A stretch of DNA of 63,104 nt, the filler included, from Phoronis australis (taxonomy: Eukaryota > Animalia > Phoronida): assembly GCA_002633005.1 (NCBI GenBank). It is 6 parts of 6 records of this genome, joined end to end, with 100 filler letters (N's around TTAATTAATTAA, not from the genome) between each part and the next. Parts side by side here need not be neighbours in the genome. Positions count along the whole stretch, not along the records: positions 47,487 to 53,324 come from NMRA01002263.1; positions 53,425 to 57,346 come from NMRA01002770.1; positions 57,447 to 60,893 come from NMRA01003014.1; positions 60,994 to 63,104 come from NMRA01003849.1; 2 more parts are not named here. One strand, given 5' to 3'. Under the pieces are notes generated by a model, which had not been told where the DNA came from, made no database searches, and saw nothing but the letters and a program-made list of their open reading frames with translations. Shown here in pieces: positions 52,290-63,104 of this stretch (position 1 is its first letter; every line of letters starts with the position of its first letter). The position numbers were made by a program, and so were the translations under genes.

Positions 52290-52426
52290 AGATGACTGGC
52301 TCGCTGTTGAAGCCCTTTTTATCCTCTTGTTGTTACTGGCAAACATCTACCTACTGGTATGGGATCAGAAGTTGTATAACAATGAAATGGTTCATGCAGT
52401 CCACAGGGTTCTTAAAGTCATCGAAG
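52290..52426 (+). CDS. TMEM94: TMEM94 second coding exon
   Basis: ttttgtag / gtaagg, phase compatible with the previous exon. EALFILLLLLANIYLLVWDQKL..EM..RVL matches the second TM region. Confidence 0.8.
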
Positions 52427-53074
52427 GTAAGGATATTGGCTCTTCAGTCATTTGGCTGTGATGTCACACTAGAGCACACACAGCATGCTTGGCCAGACAC
52501 TAGCTGAATTGAATCTAATGTGGCACAACACCGTTAGACATAGTGTTAATTGAATGTCCTTGGCACAGCTCTGCGTGCCAAATTTAAATGTCACAGCAGG
52601 TGTTTCAGAGAAGACATGATTATGAGGGGTCATCAATACAGTTATTAGCAAAGATGATTGCAATGGGCTGCGACTAAGCAGCCAACTCTGTACAAAATGC
52701 GGGAGGGAGTTTCCAAAATATCTCTAAATGTGTTCTATATTTCCTTACTTGATCACTGAGTGGATCATCATTCTGAGACATCCAGTTGGTTGCAAACAGT
52801 GAATGAAAGACAACAATTACTGGGCTTACTGGATGTTGTGGCTATCTCATGGGCTTCAGCAGACTTAAGTAACTAGCTGGAACCAGGCATGTCATGTGAC
52901 TGATCACATGACAGCCGGCACTGTAGATCTTGACAGCATGAACCGCAGGCCTCCGTGTCTGTTCAAACACTGCCTCTTTCTCACCACGTTTGACCAGTGA
53001 TGCATTCTTTGTCTGTTCATTATTATCAAAATGAAAAGAGGACAACGCAGTTATGGAGTGTATAGTATATTTGT

Positions 53075-53324
53075 TGGAGAGTACAGTACAGTTAGTGGAA
53101 GGGACATCTCAGTTATTGAGGGGGACAACAAGTTATTGGAAGGGTCAGCGTGGTTGTTTAAAGAAGACAATTGTTGGAAGAGACAGCTCACTTATTGGAA
53201 GAGACAGCTCACTTATTGGAAGGGACAGCAAGGCTAATGGATGGGACAGCACAGTTATTGGAGAGGACTGCACAGTTATTAGAGAGGACAGCACAGTTAT
53301 TGGAGGGGACAGCACAGTTATTAG
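53075..53324. repeat. 21-bp minisatellite (gggacagcacagttattggag variants)
   Basis: Direct reading; runs into the gap. Confidence 0.9.
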
Positions 53325-53685
53325 NNNNNNNNNNNNNNNNNNNNNNNNNNNNNNNNNNNNNNNNNNNNTTAATTAATTAANNNNNNNNNNNNNNNNNNNN
53401 NNNNNNNNNNNNNNNNNNNNNNNNCACTCAGAAACTCGCAATACTCTCTTTGTCAAACCTTATCTTAAGACGATTTCCAAAGCAATCCCGTCATAATAGC
53501 CAACACGAAAAACGGATTTGGTCTTTTGCCTTTGGGCATTTGAAGACTATTTTAAATACGAAAAATTTGTTAACAATTGATGGCACAAAATATAAAACAT
53601 GTAATAAGCGTTACGAAAAGAAGTAGGTTTCACGCTGTGGACCATAAACAAGTAGGTCTTTTAGTTTAAGAGTATTAGAGAAATC

Positions 53686-53752
53686 GTGGTGGTGTAGTGG
53701 TAACGCACGCGCTCGCTATCCGATAGGTCGTGTGTTCGAGTCTTTGGTACGT
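53686..53752 (+). pseudogene. tRNA-derived relic or SINE head
   Basis: A-box tggtgtagtgg (53690-53700) and B-box gttcgagtc (53734-53742) at tRNA spacing. Acceptor and anticodon stems do not pair well. Confidence 0.5.
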
Positions 53753-53789
53753 TCAATATTTCTCCGTGTTTCGTTTTTTTTTTCATTTT

Positions 53790-53990
53790 TTTTCTTGGAT
53801 AATACTTCAGGAATCAAGGAAAATGCTTGATTTTTAGAGGTAAAAACAGAAAAAATTTCCTGAGCGGGAGGGGGGATTTGCCCCCCATTCGGTGCTATGC
53901 GCATCTACAATCGTGGTTCAGTTTGCACAAATGCTTACAGCCGGACAAAATGTTGGGCCCCCCCTTTGTGATATCGTAGATCCGCCACTG
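53790..53990 (-). mobile_element. Terminus of a CAGTGGCGGATC-type element
   Basis: Ends agatccgccactg; matches 25134-25211. Confidence 0.7.
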
Positions 53991-54460
53991 CTTATAGAAG
54001 ACTCTAGCATGACAGTGATTAATGCAGTCTGGAATATTCTAGAGACTAGTACATGTTTGTAGAATGATTGGGTAGGTTCCAGTCCAAGAAGATTAAGTCA
54101 GGTGAGTCCAAGAAGATCACGTCAGTTCAAGGGAAGATCGAGTCAGTTCAAGTAAGTTAATCAGGAGAACTACAGTTGAGTTGCAGTGAAGAAAATCAGC
54201 AGTTACAGCGATAGTCAATAGAGAGCCAGCTACAGAGACAGCAGGTTATTGAACCAACGAGTGTAACAGTTGCTGGAAGTATCTCAGAAGTTCATCACAA
54301 GTCAAGGCTTCACAGCACTGGCTGGAGCATAAACAGACATTACGTCGAACGTTTTGTTTGAGTAGGCTTGTGAACGTACGGTCAGGATTAATAAAGGATT
54401 AACTCGAACCAGTCTTCAGTCAATCTTCGCACCGAAAGCTATTAGCACCGGTCTGTAACA
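53991..54460 (+). mobile_element. Possible partial solo LTR
   Basis: AG-rich body, AATAAA at 54390-54395, ends TGTAACA. The 5' end is not seen. Confidence 0.35.
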
Positions 54461-54599
54461 ACCTGCACCCACCCACACACGGGGAAAAACGTGACATTAC
54501 GGTTGATTCACGTCTCACTCTCCGGTCTGTCTCCGGTTACCATCACGGGTGGCTCGACCGGAGAGACACCTGAGAGAGACTAATAATTCAGTGGCTGTA

Positions 54600-54840
54600 C
54601 TGTAAATGTAAAACGAAGGATATTATCCCTAATATAACATCATACAGTAAAATTATGTAAAAGCAAGTATAATATCCCAAATATAACCATCACACAGTAA
54701 ATGTAAAACCAAGGATAATATCAATATAACTATCATACAGTAAAATTCCAAGGATAACATCCCTAATATAATCATCATCCAGTAAATGTAAAACCAAGGA
54801 TAATATCCCTAAACATAACCATCATACAGTCAGTAAATGG
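54600..54840. repeat. ~40-46-bp degenerate minisatellite
   Basis: cagtaaatgtaaaaccaaggataatatccctaatataaccatcata variants. Confidence 0.85.
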
Positions 54841-55647
54841 AAAACACACTTACCCAACAAGGATTAAAATAATGAAAACTACCAAGAATCCAACTGTGAA
54901 CTTAATGGCCCCACAGGCTCTCTGAAAGAAAAACAAAAGAAGAAATAAAGAGCAATGAAATTAAATAATTGGTGAAATGCCAAGTAAAAGGACTTAAGGA
55001 AATATTATATTTCATGTGTTTGACATTGTACCTTAGTTGTTCATGAGTTTACCAGCACTAAATTCTGAAGATAATTTTTATGAGTATCCAAATACAAAAT
55101 GACTCAATTTTCATATGCCACACCATCTTTGAAAACCATTGCTTCTGTTAAATGCTTTGAGTGGCAAACTTTGGTTTATATTTCGATATGACAAAAGAAC
55201 ATTCTCAATACACAGTACACCAGAATGAACAGTAGTGAACTGATTGCTTCGACACCAAAGTTCGTCACTTTCAACTTACTTTGCTCTAGTTTTAACAAAT
55301 TGGATCTACATGCATTTGGTCTTTAAAAACAAAAACACAAAATTGTGAATATATGGACATAGCTTGATATGTCAGTTTGAGATAAACTACATAATTGAAT
55401 GTTTGATGAATAACGTCTCTTCAGCCAAGAGTATTCAGCAAACTCCATTTTACGGAACCACGAAACTTGTTTCTTAGCTGCACGTATCAATACTGTGTTC
55501 TGATCTTTGTTTTCATGGAACTGTCAATGTGAACTGTGAATAACAATAATGTGACAAGTAAGAACTGTGAACTTGTAATAACTGACTGTGTAAAAAAAAA
55601 CTCTGAACAACTATCAAAGTGTAAGTGCTGCGAATGTTTAAGAAAAG

Positions 55648-55773
55648 TGAATGGTTTAGGAAAGGCTGTGAATGGTTTAGGAAAGGCTGTGATGGTTTAG
55701 GAAAGGCTGTGAATGGTTTAGGAAAGGCTGTGAATGGTTTAGGAAAGGCTGTGAATGGTTTAGGAAAGGCTGT
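55648..55773. repeat. 21-bp minisatellite x6
   Basis: gtgaatggtttaggaaaggct. Confidence 0.95.
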
Positions 55774-56245
55774 GATCAAAATCCTTCAATTCGGAAAACA
55801 ATGAAGCGGAACAATGAAAAGTTGTTTTATCAACAAGAGTAAGTAGACAGAAAACATTGTATAACTGTCACCAACAATTATACACAATGAAATTCAAACA
55901 TTTTGACAAATTGAACACATTTTAAATTAGCTTTAAGATGAGAAAATTACGATTTAGACATTGATTGTTCTTTGTTACCGTAATATCTTACACTAAGTCT
56001 TATGGTGATGAGTTTATGTATGAGGCTGTACCTGACAACATGTGGGCTGTATGTCATCATCCTTTTCTTCGTAGAAAAAATACATGAAGGGTAACAGGAA
56101 GAAGAGCAAGAGAGCAATACATCCGTAGAAGGCTGAAACACACACATAATGGTCAGGCATAACTACCATGGCAAACACTATGGCAGACATGTAAAATCTA
56201 TTTGTAATTCCTCGAAAGAAAAAAAAATTAATTACAAAATGTTAT

Positions 56246-56552
56246 GGGGTTGTTTACTGAGTGTACCCCTTATCATACCAATTGCAACAGGGGTTGTTTA
56301 CTGAGTGTACCCCTATCATACCAATTGCAACAGGGGTTGTTTACTGAGTGTACCCCTATCATACCAATTGCAACCGGGGTTGTTTACTGAGTGTACCCCC
56401 TATCATACCAATTGCAACAGGGGTTGTTTACTGAGTGTACCCCATATCAGACCAATTGCAACAGGGGTTGTTTACTGAGTGTACCCCCTATCAGACCAAT
56501 TGCAACAGGGGTTGTTTACTGAGTGTACCCCTATTATACCAATTGCAACAGG
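56246..56552. repeat. ~43-bp minisatellite x7
   Basis: ggggttgtttactgagtgtacccctatcataccaattgcaaca, head-to-tail. Confidence 0.95.
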
Positions 56553-56933
56553 ATATCCTGACCTACATTGTGATGACCTACTTACGGAGGAACGATGTCA
56601 CGCATTCGGCTTCGAAAAAAGTCTAAACAATCTAACGGTGCTGACATGAATGAAAGGTAAGGTACGGTAATCAATAAGATTATCCAAATAATTTCCATTT
56701 GTTTTTAGTTTCATTTATCACAACCTTTGAACACAAAGTTGGGTCCAAGGGGACGCACTCATCAAGTCAATTAGCAATCAGTTTTGTTGCGTCAAAAGAC
56801 AAAAAAATGCAGCAGATTTCCGTACTCTTAACTTTTTAAATACACATGAAGTGTTGCCACACTGATGATACAATGTTATAATGGTACATAGCAAAAACAA
56901 CGTGACAAAACTTTCATTTCCCTTTCCTGACCA

Positions 56934-57085
56934 GAACTGGCGCAGCCACTTGTTATTTGAACTGGCGCAGCCACTTATTATTTGAACTGGCGCAGCCACT
57001 TGTTATTTGAACTGGCGCAGCCACTTGTTATTTGAACTGGCGCAGCCAATTGTTATTTGAACCGGTGCGGCCACTTGCTATTTGA
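56934..57085. repeat. 25-bp minisatellite x6
   Basis: gaactggcgcagccacttgttattt. Confidence 0.95.
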
Positions 57086-57802
57086 ATTACCTCAATGATG
57101 AATTCTCATTTGAACTCAAATGATGTTGTTATGAGGGAGAATTCTAGGATCATCCGTCACATAAATTTCGTATGTCCTTTTGCAAACGAGGAATAAAAAT
57201 ATGCCTATTCCACATCTCATTGCCAATTGTCAAAACAAACTACCATCTCTGAATCTGTATGAATTTGAGCTAAAACCACATACCATAGTAAGTGTACAGC
57301 ACGCTGTTCTCAATCTCTGACCTCGTTTCATTAGAGCTGGCCCAATNNNNNNNNNNNNNNNNNNNNNNNNNNNNNNNNNNNNNNNNNNNNTTAATTAATT
57401 AANNNNNNNNNNNNNNNNNNNNNNNNNNNNNNNNNNNNNNNNNNNNGCTTTCAACAAACTACTTTACTATGGCTGTGCGTTAAGGATTTGATTTTTCATA
57501 ATAATTTGTACCTGTCTTGATCCATAACGTGGTGATGATAATAAATGATATACTATACTATAAACATAACTTACATTACTATTTCATAATGGTTTTCCTT
57601 TACACCTTACAAACAGGAAAAAGCATCCGTGACGCTTTGGCAATCAAAGACAATACCCTGGATATCTAGGAATGCTAAAAAGTCTATCAGAATCCTACAG
57701 CTACGACGAATATTGACAGTGTGACAACCCAACTCAACTAAGGATTTTTATCTTGTTCTTTCAGCTGTCACATGAAACACTTCCTCTTCTCTGGTTGGAA
57801 CG

Positions 57803-58336
57803 ATGAGTATAAAAGGAACATTGACCAAACAGGAGCGTGCGCGATACAAGGACACTGCAAAATGGGTGGCACATGAGTATTACGACGACGTCAGATCAAT
57901 CGCATCCGTGGACAGCAGACGGTACAGAATGAGAGCCTCCTACAAACACTTACGAATGAACTATATCTTTCAAATGCAGTCACAGGCAATCTTTCCTAAA
58001 GAGTTTGACATAATCGATAAAGGAGCCAGTTTGATCATAACATCCTCCAGCAGTCTCAAGTCGAACATCGTCGCCTGGTGGAGTGGAGCCTTGAAGGCCA
58101 CTTTTCCGCAGGATTGCTTTCGTGAGAAGGGAAGTGTGATAACTTTGCGGCCTGCCCAAGGGGTGGCGCTACACTTGGATAAGAGGGATGCCACAGTGCG
58201 CATTAAAGGAAAAAACCATTGGGACTGGTTCACAGCAAATTTCGAAATGGTTCTGGAGCGAGGAAGCGAAAATGCTGCTTTCAAAAACGAGCTTGTCGGT
58301 CAGATAGATAAATTCTTGGCAATACAAGCATTTTCA
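57803..58336 (+). CDS. First coding exon (178 codons) of an unidentified globular protein
   Basis: Acceptor tctttcag at 57764, in-frame upstream TGA, long complex ORF, strong TCA|gtaagt donor. Confidence 0.7.
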
Positions 58337-60111
58337 GTAAGTATTCTTAACTTGACACAGGGCCAACAACAATGTTTTATGAAAAACTGTCCTTGTGTTG
58401 GGTTTCCATGGTCTTCTAAAACAGCAGTTGTTTTTTTTCATAAAATTAATAGGAAAGTTCCACAATAGTTCAGACCATAAGCCACAGATTTCTTTCATTC
58501 CCACACAGTAAAAAACATTTGAGGCAATATTATAACAAATCGTGTAAATTACAGGACATAAACATTATGTAAGTGAACACACTCCTATTTTCATGTGACT
58601 TAATTTGAAGCTAATTTGCGATAAAGACAAGATAGAAATAACTACATGTCATTTAGTAATGACAATAGACTTCGGATGACACTAAAGACATGCTCACCAA
58701 TGAGCTATACTCCTGGTTTAGCTCACCAACTGCAATATCTCATTATATAACGATGGTCTGTGTTTTCTTCACGGCTATTTAAAGCAGTAGTAGAAGTGGC
58801 CTTAAATGTTAATTGCCCAAGGATAAAACATAAATCTGCACAGCCTGGTGAAAGCTGTTAAAAGCTGCAATTACTTAGCTATTAAAAGTTTTTATGGCAG
58901 TTCTGGATGTAGCTAGAAAAACAGATGGAACAGTCTGTATAAGCCCACAATAATAAGGACAGGCAACTGAAACCTCACGTCCACATTTTGAAAGAAGATT
59001 GACATTTTCTCAATATGAACTGGTTAGGTTTTCACTATTAAGTCCAATTTGAAGCAAAACTTCTATCAAAGAATGGAGATAATACATCCTCCAGTTAGCA
59101 TGGCAGATGGTATTCTACAAAAGGGTAGTCCAGGATTACGCGGCAACGTTAGAATATCACGATACATTAAATCCATTCAGTACCCTGCTGTGATGTGGGC
59201 TGCAAATACAATGGCAGAAAGTTGAATACCTAAACTTCAGCATCTGTGGATGCAATATTTCCCGACACGATTCCTACATAAAATGCTTTCTAGGACTTTC
59301 TGGGCTTAACTTCAATTATTGTACATTATAGTTTTTGTAATAAACATCCTAGATGTTTCTAAAATGAGGTCGATGTAACAAGGTATTTTCTTACCTCAAG
59401 GCTCCCAACTGATACCAGTTTATCTGTAAGTTAAACTTTTAAGGTCTAAAATCCTTAAAAATTATATGGGTTTTCAAAAGTTACAAATTTCAAGCACTTA
59501 TCTTCATAAAGTCAGATGAAAGTTAAAATGACTTCAAAATTATCAGTGTTTCAAAGCACTAGATTGGCGGAGATTGACGCAGAAAATACCAGAAACTGAC
59601 AGAAATAGTCGAGAATACAAGATCCTACCAATAAGATGTGTTCTGGGTACCACTGTATTACGCAATTTGCACACGAAATTTCTGTTCAGTGATTGGTCAA
59701 TTGCCATAACATAGACTGACCAATGAAAAATGAGCTCACTTGCCTTTGCTTTGAAAGTCATAAGAGTGAAATTTTGGATACAAATATTATGAGGAATTGG
59801 ACTACATTTAGAAAACAGGAAAAGAAATTCACAGTATTTTGTCACGCTGACTTCAAACACTGAAAAAGGTGTGGACCAGGAATTACACAATAGTGAGATG
59901 TGCTAGGCTGTGATAAAATCAACAAAGTCAACAGCTAAAGCCAAAAACACCGATATGATGAGATGAGTTTTTACGGAATATTACATTTTTAGTTCAAAAG
60001 GGTTTAAGATTGAAAATTGTTGTTTCGAGGTGTGTCAGTCCACTGATCACCTGGAACCATTTAATACTTTATTAAAAGTTGAAACTGAGCTGAACAATTA
60101 GAGAGCTAACT

Positions 60112-60203
60112 CAAGGGTGTACCGCTGTGCCCCAGTGGTACTCGAACCCACCACCTTGAGTAAAGGAAGTGGACTCTTATCCCACCCGGCCACACTGCCT
60201 CCT
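60112..60203 (-). mobile_element. tRNA-derived SINE head
   Basis: Minus strand ggcagtgtggccgggtgggataag...gggttcgagtacc (A and B boxes). Confidence 0.6.
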
Positions 60204-60993
60204 TGGAAATCGTGCAAGTTTTCACTCGCAAAATACAGATTTTTAACTCAAAGGTTACAGATTATGTGTTTAATGGGCTGGCATCTCTGCTACCTCCAGA
60301 ACAAAGGTCTTTATACGGGACCGTGCTTTTAGGATACGGCCGTAATGACAAGCCATTCCAAATAATTTACGCACTTACAGGAATTGGTCATCAGGAATTT
60401 ATAGGAAATGGTAGGATGTAAGATTACCTTCGGCATGTATTGTAAAAATACCACAATGTACGAATACAATACTTCAAATTATATTCTTGCCCAATTTAAA
60501 CTTCTCACGTTGATTGAATTCATTTTGAAAATTGAAGGTGTTCTGGTATGTTTTTTTTCCATTTTATGAGCTACAATCCTGACAGATGCTGTACACAGCT
60601 GCTCTAACTGCTAGACTCCCGCAAGTCACTGAGAGGAAATACAGAACACAATAAATTACTTTACCTTAAACAGAAAGAGAAAAACTCAATGATGGATATT
60701 ATAAGCCTGCCATTATGTAAACATCAGTAATATATTTTCCAGTATAGTTTGTAATTGAGAGAATTTTTAACAAAAAACTTTTAAAATGTGTTCAGAATAG
60801 GTGTCACGCAACTATCTGAAATATGTTTAGTTCCAAAAATTATGTGTTACTTTCAGAAAAAGGAACAGTATTTCCTCCTGTATTTTTCAAAAANNNNNNN
60901 NNNNNNNNNNNNNNNNNNNNNNNNNNNNNNNNNNNNNTTAATTAATTAANNNNNNNNNNNNNNNNNNNNNNNNNNNNNNNNNNNNNNNNNNNN

Positions 60994-61985
60994 TTTTGTT
61001 TTTTTTTTGCGCCTATGGCTGTATTTCCTAAACCGTTCGCAGGATCTTTACGAAATTTAATAAGGGTATTTATATGATGTTAACAACAGACGATGACGAC
61101 TTTTGGACGGATCCGCCTACCAGTGTGCCCCCTAGTGGCAATTTTATTTTTTTAAGTTTACCTCTGTATCTTCACAAGTCCTTAACGGATTTTCATGAAA
61201 TTTGGTATGTAGGCACCTATTAGTGCGATGACGCTATCCTCCCGTTTTCGGATGGATTCGACCTAGTTTCCGACACCCAGTGGCCATTTTTACTGTTTTT
61301 GAGTCTGTTTCTTGGCGTCCACCCCTCTATCAACCAAACCGCTCTAAGTATGATTGTGAAAATTGGCATGTATGTTCTTACTATGAAGAGGATGGTTGAC
61401 TCTGAATTCCCCATGACTTTGATTACTGTGGCGCCTCCTAGTGGCAGTTTTTTTTGCGCCCATGGCTGTATCTCCCAAACCGTTTGCAGGATCTTTACTA
61501 AATTTAGGAAGTGTATTTATGTGATGTTGACAACGGATGATGACGACTTTGGGATGATTCTGACTACCGGTATGCCTCTAGTGGCAATTTTAGTATTTTA
61601 CATTGACCTCTGTATTTTCTTAGGTCTTCAGGTGTATACTTTGTGTTACTTCGTGACTATGAAGGAAAAGTTCCAAGTAGAAATTTGTTTCTGGCATTCN
61701 TAATGCTGTGCTAATCTCGTATGTTGGTAAATTTGTTTTTAATTCTATGTTTCTGTGGTGCTTTAAGCAACTGATCTATAGGATGTGCTTGTATTATGAA
61801 GATCACTCACATTTTGCCCCTAGCCTATTGAGGAGACGATGACCATGCATTTCCATTTTGCAAAGTACAGCATACTACATATATGCCCTCTACTGGACAC
61901 TTTCTGGTACCAATAAACAACCCTAGAAGGATACCGTATATGGTGCAATTGGGGGCGCATTTCATCACTCTGTGTTGCTCTTGTT
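60994..61985 (+). mobile_element. 3' part of a second HINE of the 39034-40709 family
   Basis: Ends gggggcgcatttcatcactctgtgttgctcttgttt, versus gtgggcgcatttcaacgctccgcgtggctcttgttt in copy 1. Internal units repeat near 61005 and 61450. Confidence 0.7.
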
Positions 61986-62473
61986 TTCTCTTAGATACTT
62001 TTACAAACATGTCCAAAGATTGAACAATAGCAGTTTTGTTTTAATAGATGGATGTGTCAAAAAATTCATGTAATTATATTGGTCAACAGACTGATGTTGA
62101 TTATGATGGTTTGTGTCAGGCTGTCTGCTAAGCTGGAGTTTTAATCCAAAATTGGGTAAAGTTGTTCACAACACTATGATTGGTCAGTTTCAAAAGGTGT
62201 TTTGGTCCCCCTTCAGGCTCACCTTGATACTAATAAGCATGTTTTGTGAAATGTGCTTATGAACAACTGATTTTGTGGTTTAGTTTGAGAAGCAATCAAC
62301 TCTTAGTCTGACTGCTACGTGAGATATTGTTTGCAAACAATTACAATATTAATACACACAGGTGTCAATGATGGAATAGCCAGCAAACACTTGTAAGCAC
62401 CTGGTATCTGCCTTAGTTTGAAATGTATACCACGGGCGCTAAGATCATTCTCACACTTGTGTAACCATTACAG

Positions 62474-62787
62474 AGGTCAGTGTATCCAGCCTGGGTACAA
62501 CAGGGCGCGACACTAAGAATACTGCAGAGTTGCTGACGGGTACCACCACCTCGGTGGGGTCAGGCACAGGTACCATGGAGCTGAGTCTTACCTCGAAGAA
62601 CGAGCGAGTGATGCAGGTGTTGAAGAAGGATCCTCGCTTCCTGGAAGCCATGAAGGAGGAACTGTCCGCCGTGCTGGACGAGGCGCTAGAGAAACGGGGA
62701 ATATCACCGGCGGCAACGGGTATATCTGTACCTGTGTATCAGAACAAGATGTCATTGTTGAAGACGGAGAGGCAGCAGAAAGCTAAG
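62474..62787 (+). CDS. Internal coding exon of an unidentified protein
   Basis: ttacag acceptor, AAG|gttggt donor, open GC-rich frame (..ELSLTSKNERVMQVLKKDPRFLEAMKEELSAVLDEALEKRG..) inside AT-rich flanks. Confidence 0.65.
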
Positions 62788-63104
62788 GTTGGTGGATGTG
62801 TGTTATCTTGTACCTTGTATGGCTCCATGTTTAGTATGTGATCAGTGAAAGCTCATCAAATGTTGTTGCTGTCTGCACTGAAAACATCTTTCCAGTGCTA
62901 GGAAAGTAACTGTGCAACTGTGGCTACTAATTCTATCAATTTGCCATAAAATTCCTTGGTTGTGTTGAAGTTTGGCAAGGGCTTCATTTTGTAGAATTCA
63001 ATTTGACTTCACCTCCTTGTTTGTGATTTATACAAAGTTATGTGGTTGTAGAAAAACATGGATATTTACTGACAGAGTTGTTTTTACCAATATTTTGTGT
63101 AACA

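Noticed and set aside
53053-53380. Repetitive ORFs (LLERTAQ.., also AFPKPFT.. at 55513-55779 and HTHT.. at 19733-20102)
   Set aside because: These are translations of mini- or microsatellites.
53686-53752. Functional tRNA gene
   Set aside because: The cloverleaf stems do not pair, so it is kept only as a relic.
56246-56552. CRISPR-like array
   Set aside because: Units are head-to-tail with no unique spacers, there are no cas genes, and the context is eukaryotic.
60203-60421. Possible next exon of the 57803 gene
   Set aside because: The frame is open and a gtagga donor exists, but the acceptor is weak and there is no homology support. Left unannotated.

Overview
This is eukaryotic (metazoan, probably marine invertebrate) genomic DNA: AT-rich, with spliceosomal introns and many repeats. 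It is not a prokaryotic locus. Five identical 100-bp spacers (44N-TTAATTAATTAA-44N) split it into six contigs, so adjacency across them is unproven. Genes supported by the sequence are: (1) an intronless LRR-Ig-TM receptor on the minus strand, split by one extra base; (2) four Gly-X-Y exons of an interrupted collagen; (3) exon 1 of a probable mitochondrial protein; (4) a two-exon gene predicted to join a signal peptide, half a C-type lectin domain and a TLDc domain; (5) a complete three-exon ALKBH5; (6) the first coding exons of TMEM94; (7) two exons of unidentified proteins. Mobile DNA includes a TTAA-flanked Kolobok-like element with a decayed THAP domain, two Helentron-type (HINE) elements carrying arrays of CTCF-like motifs, several MITEs, LINE/SINE/LTR relics, and many mini- and microsatellites. 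The best novelty candidates are the secreted lectin-TLDc fusion, the CTCF-array HINEs and the UUU-UGA-C break in the LRR gene. All were judged by eye and none is confirmed.
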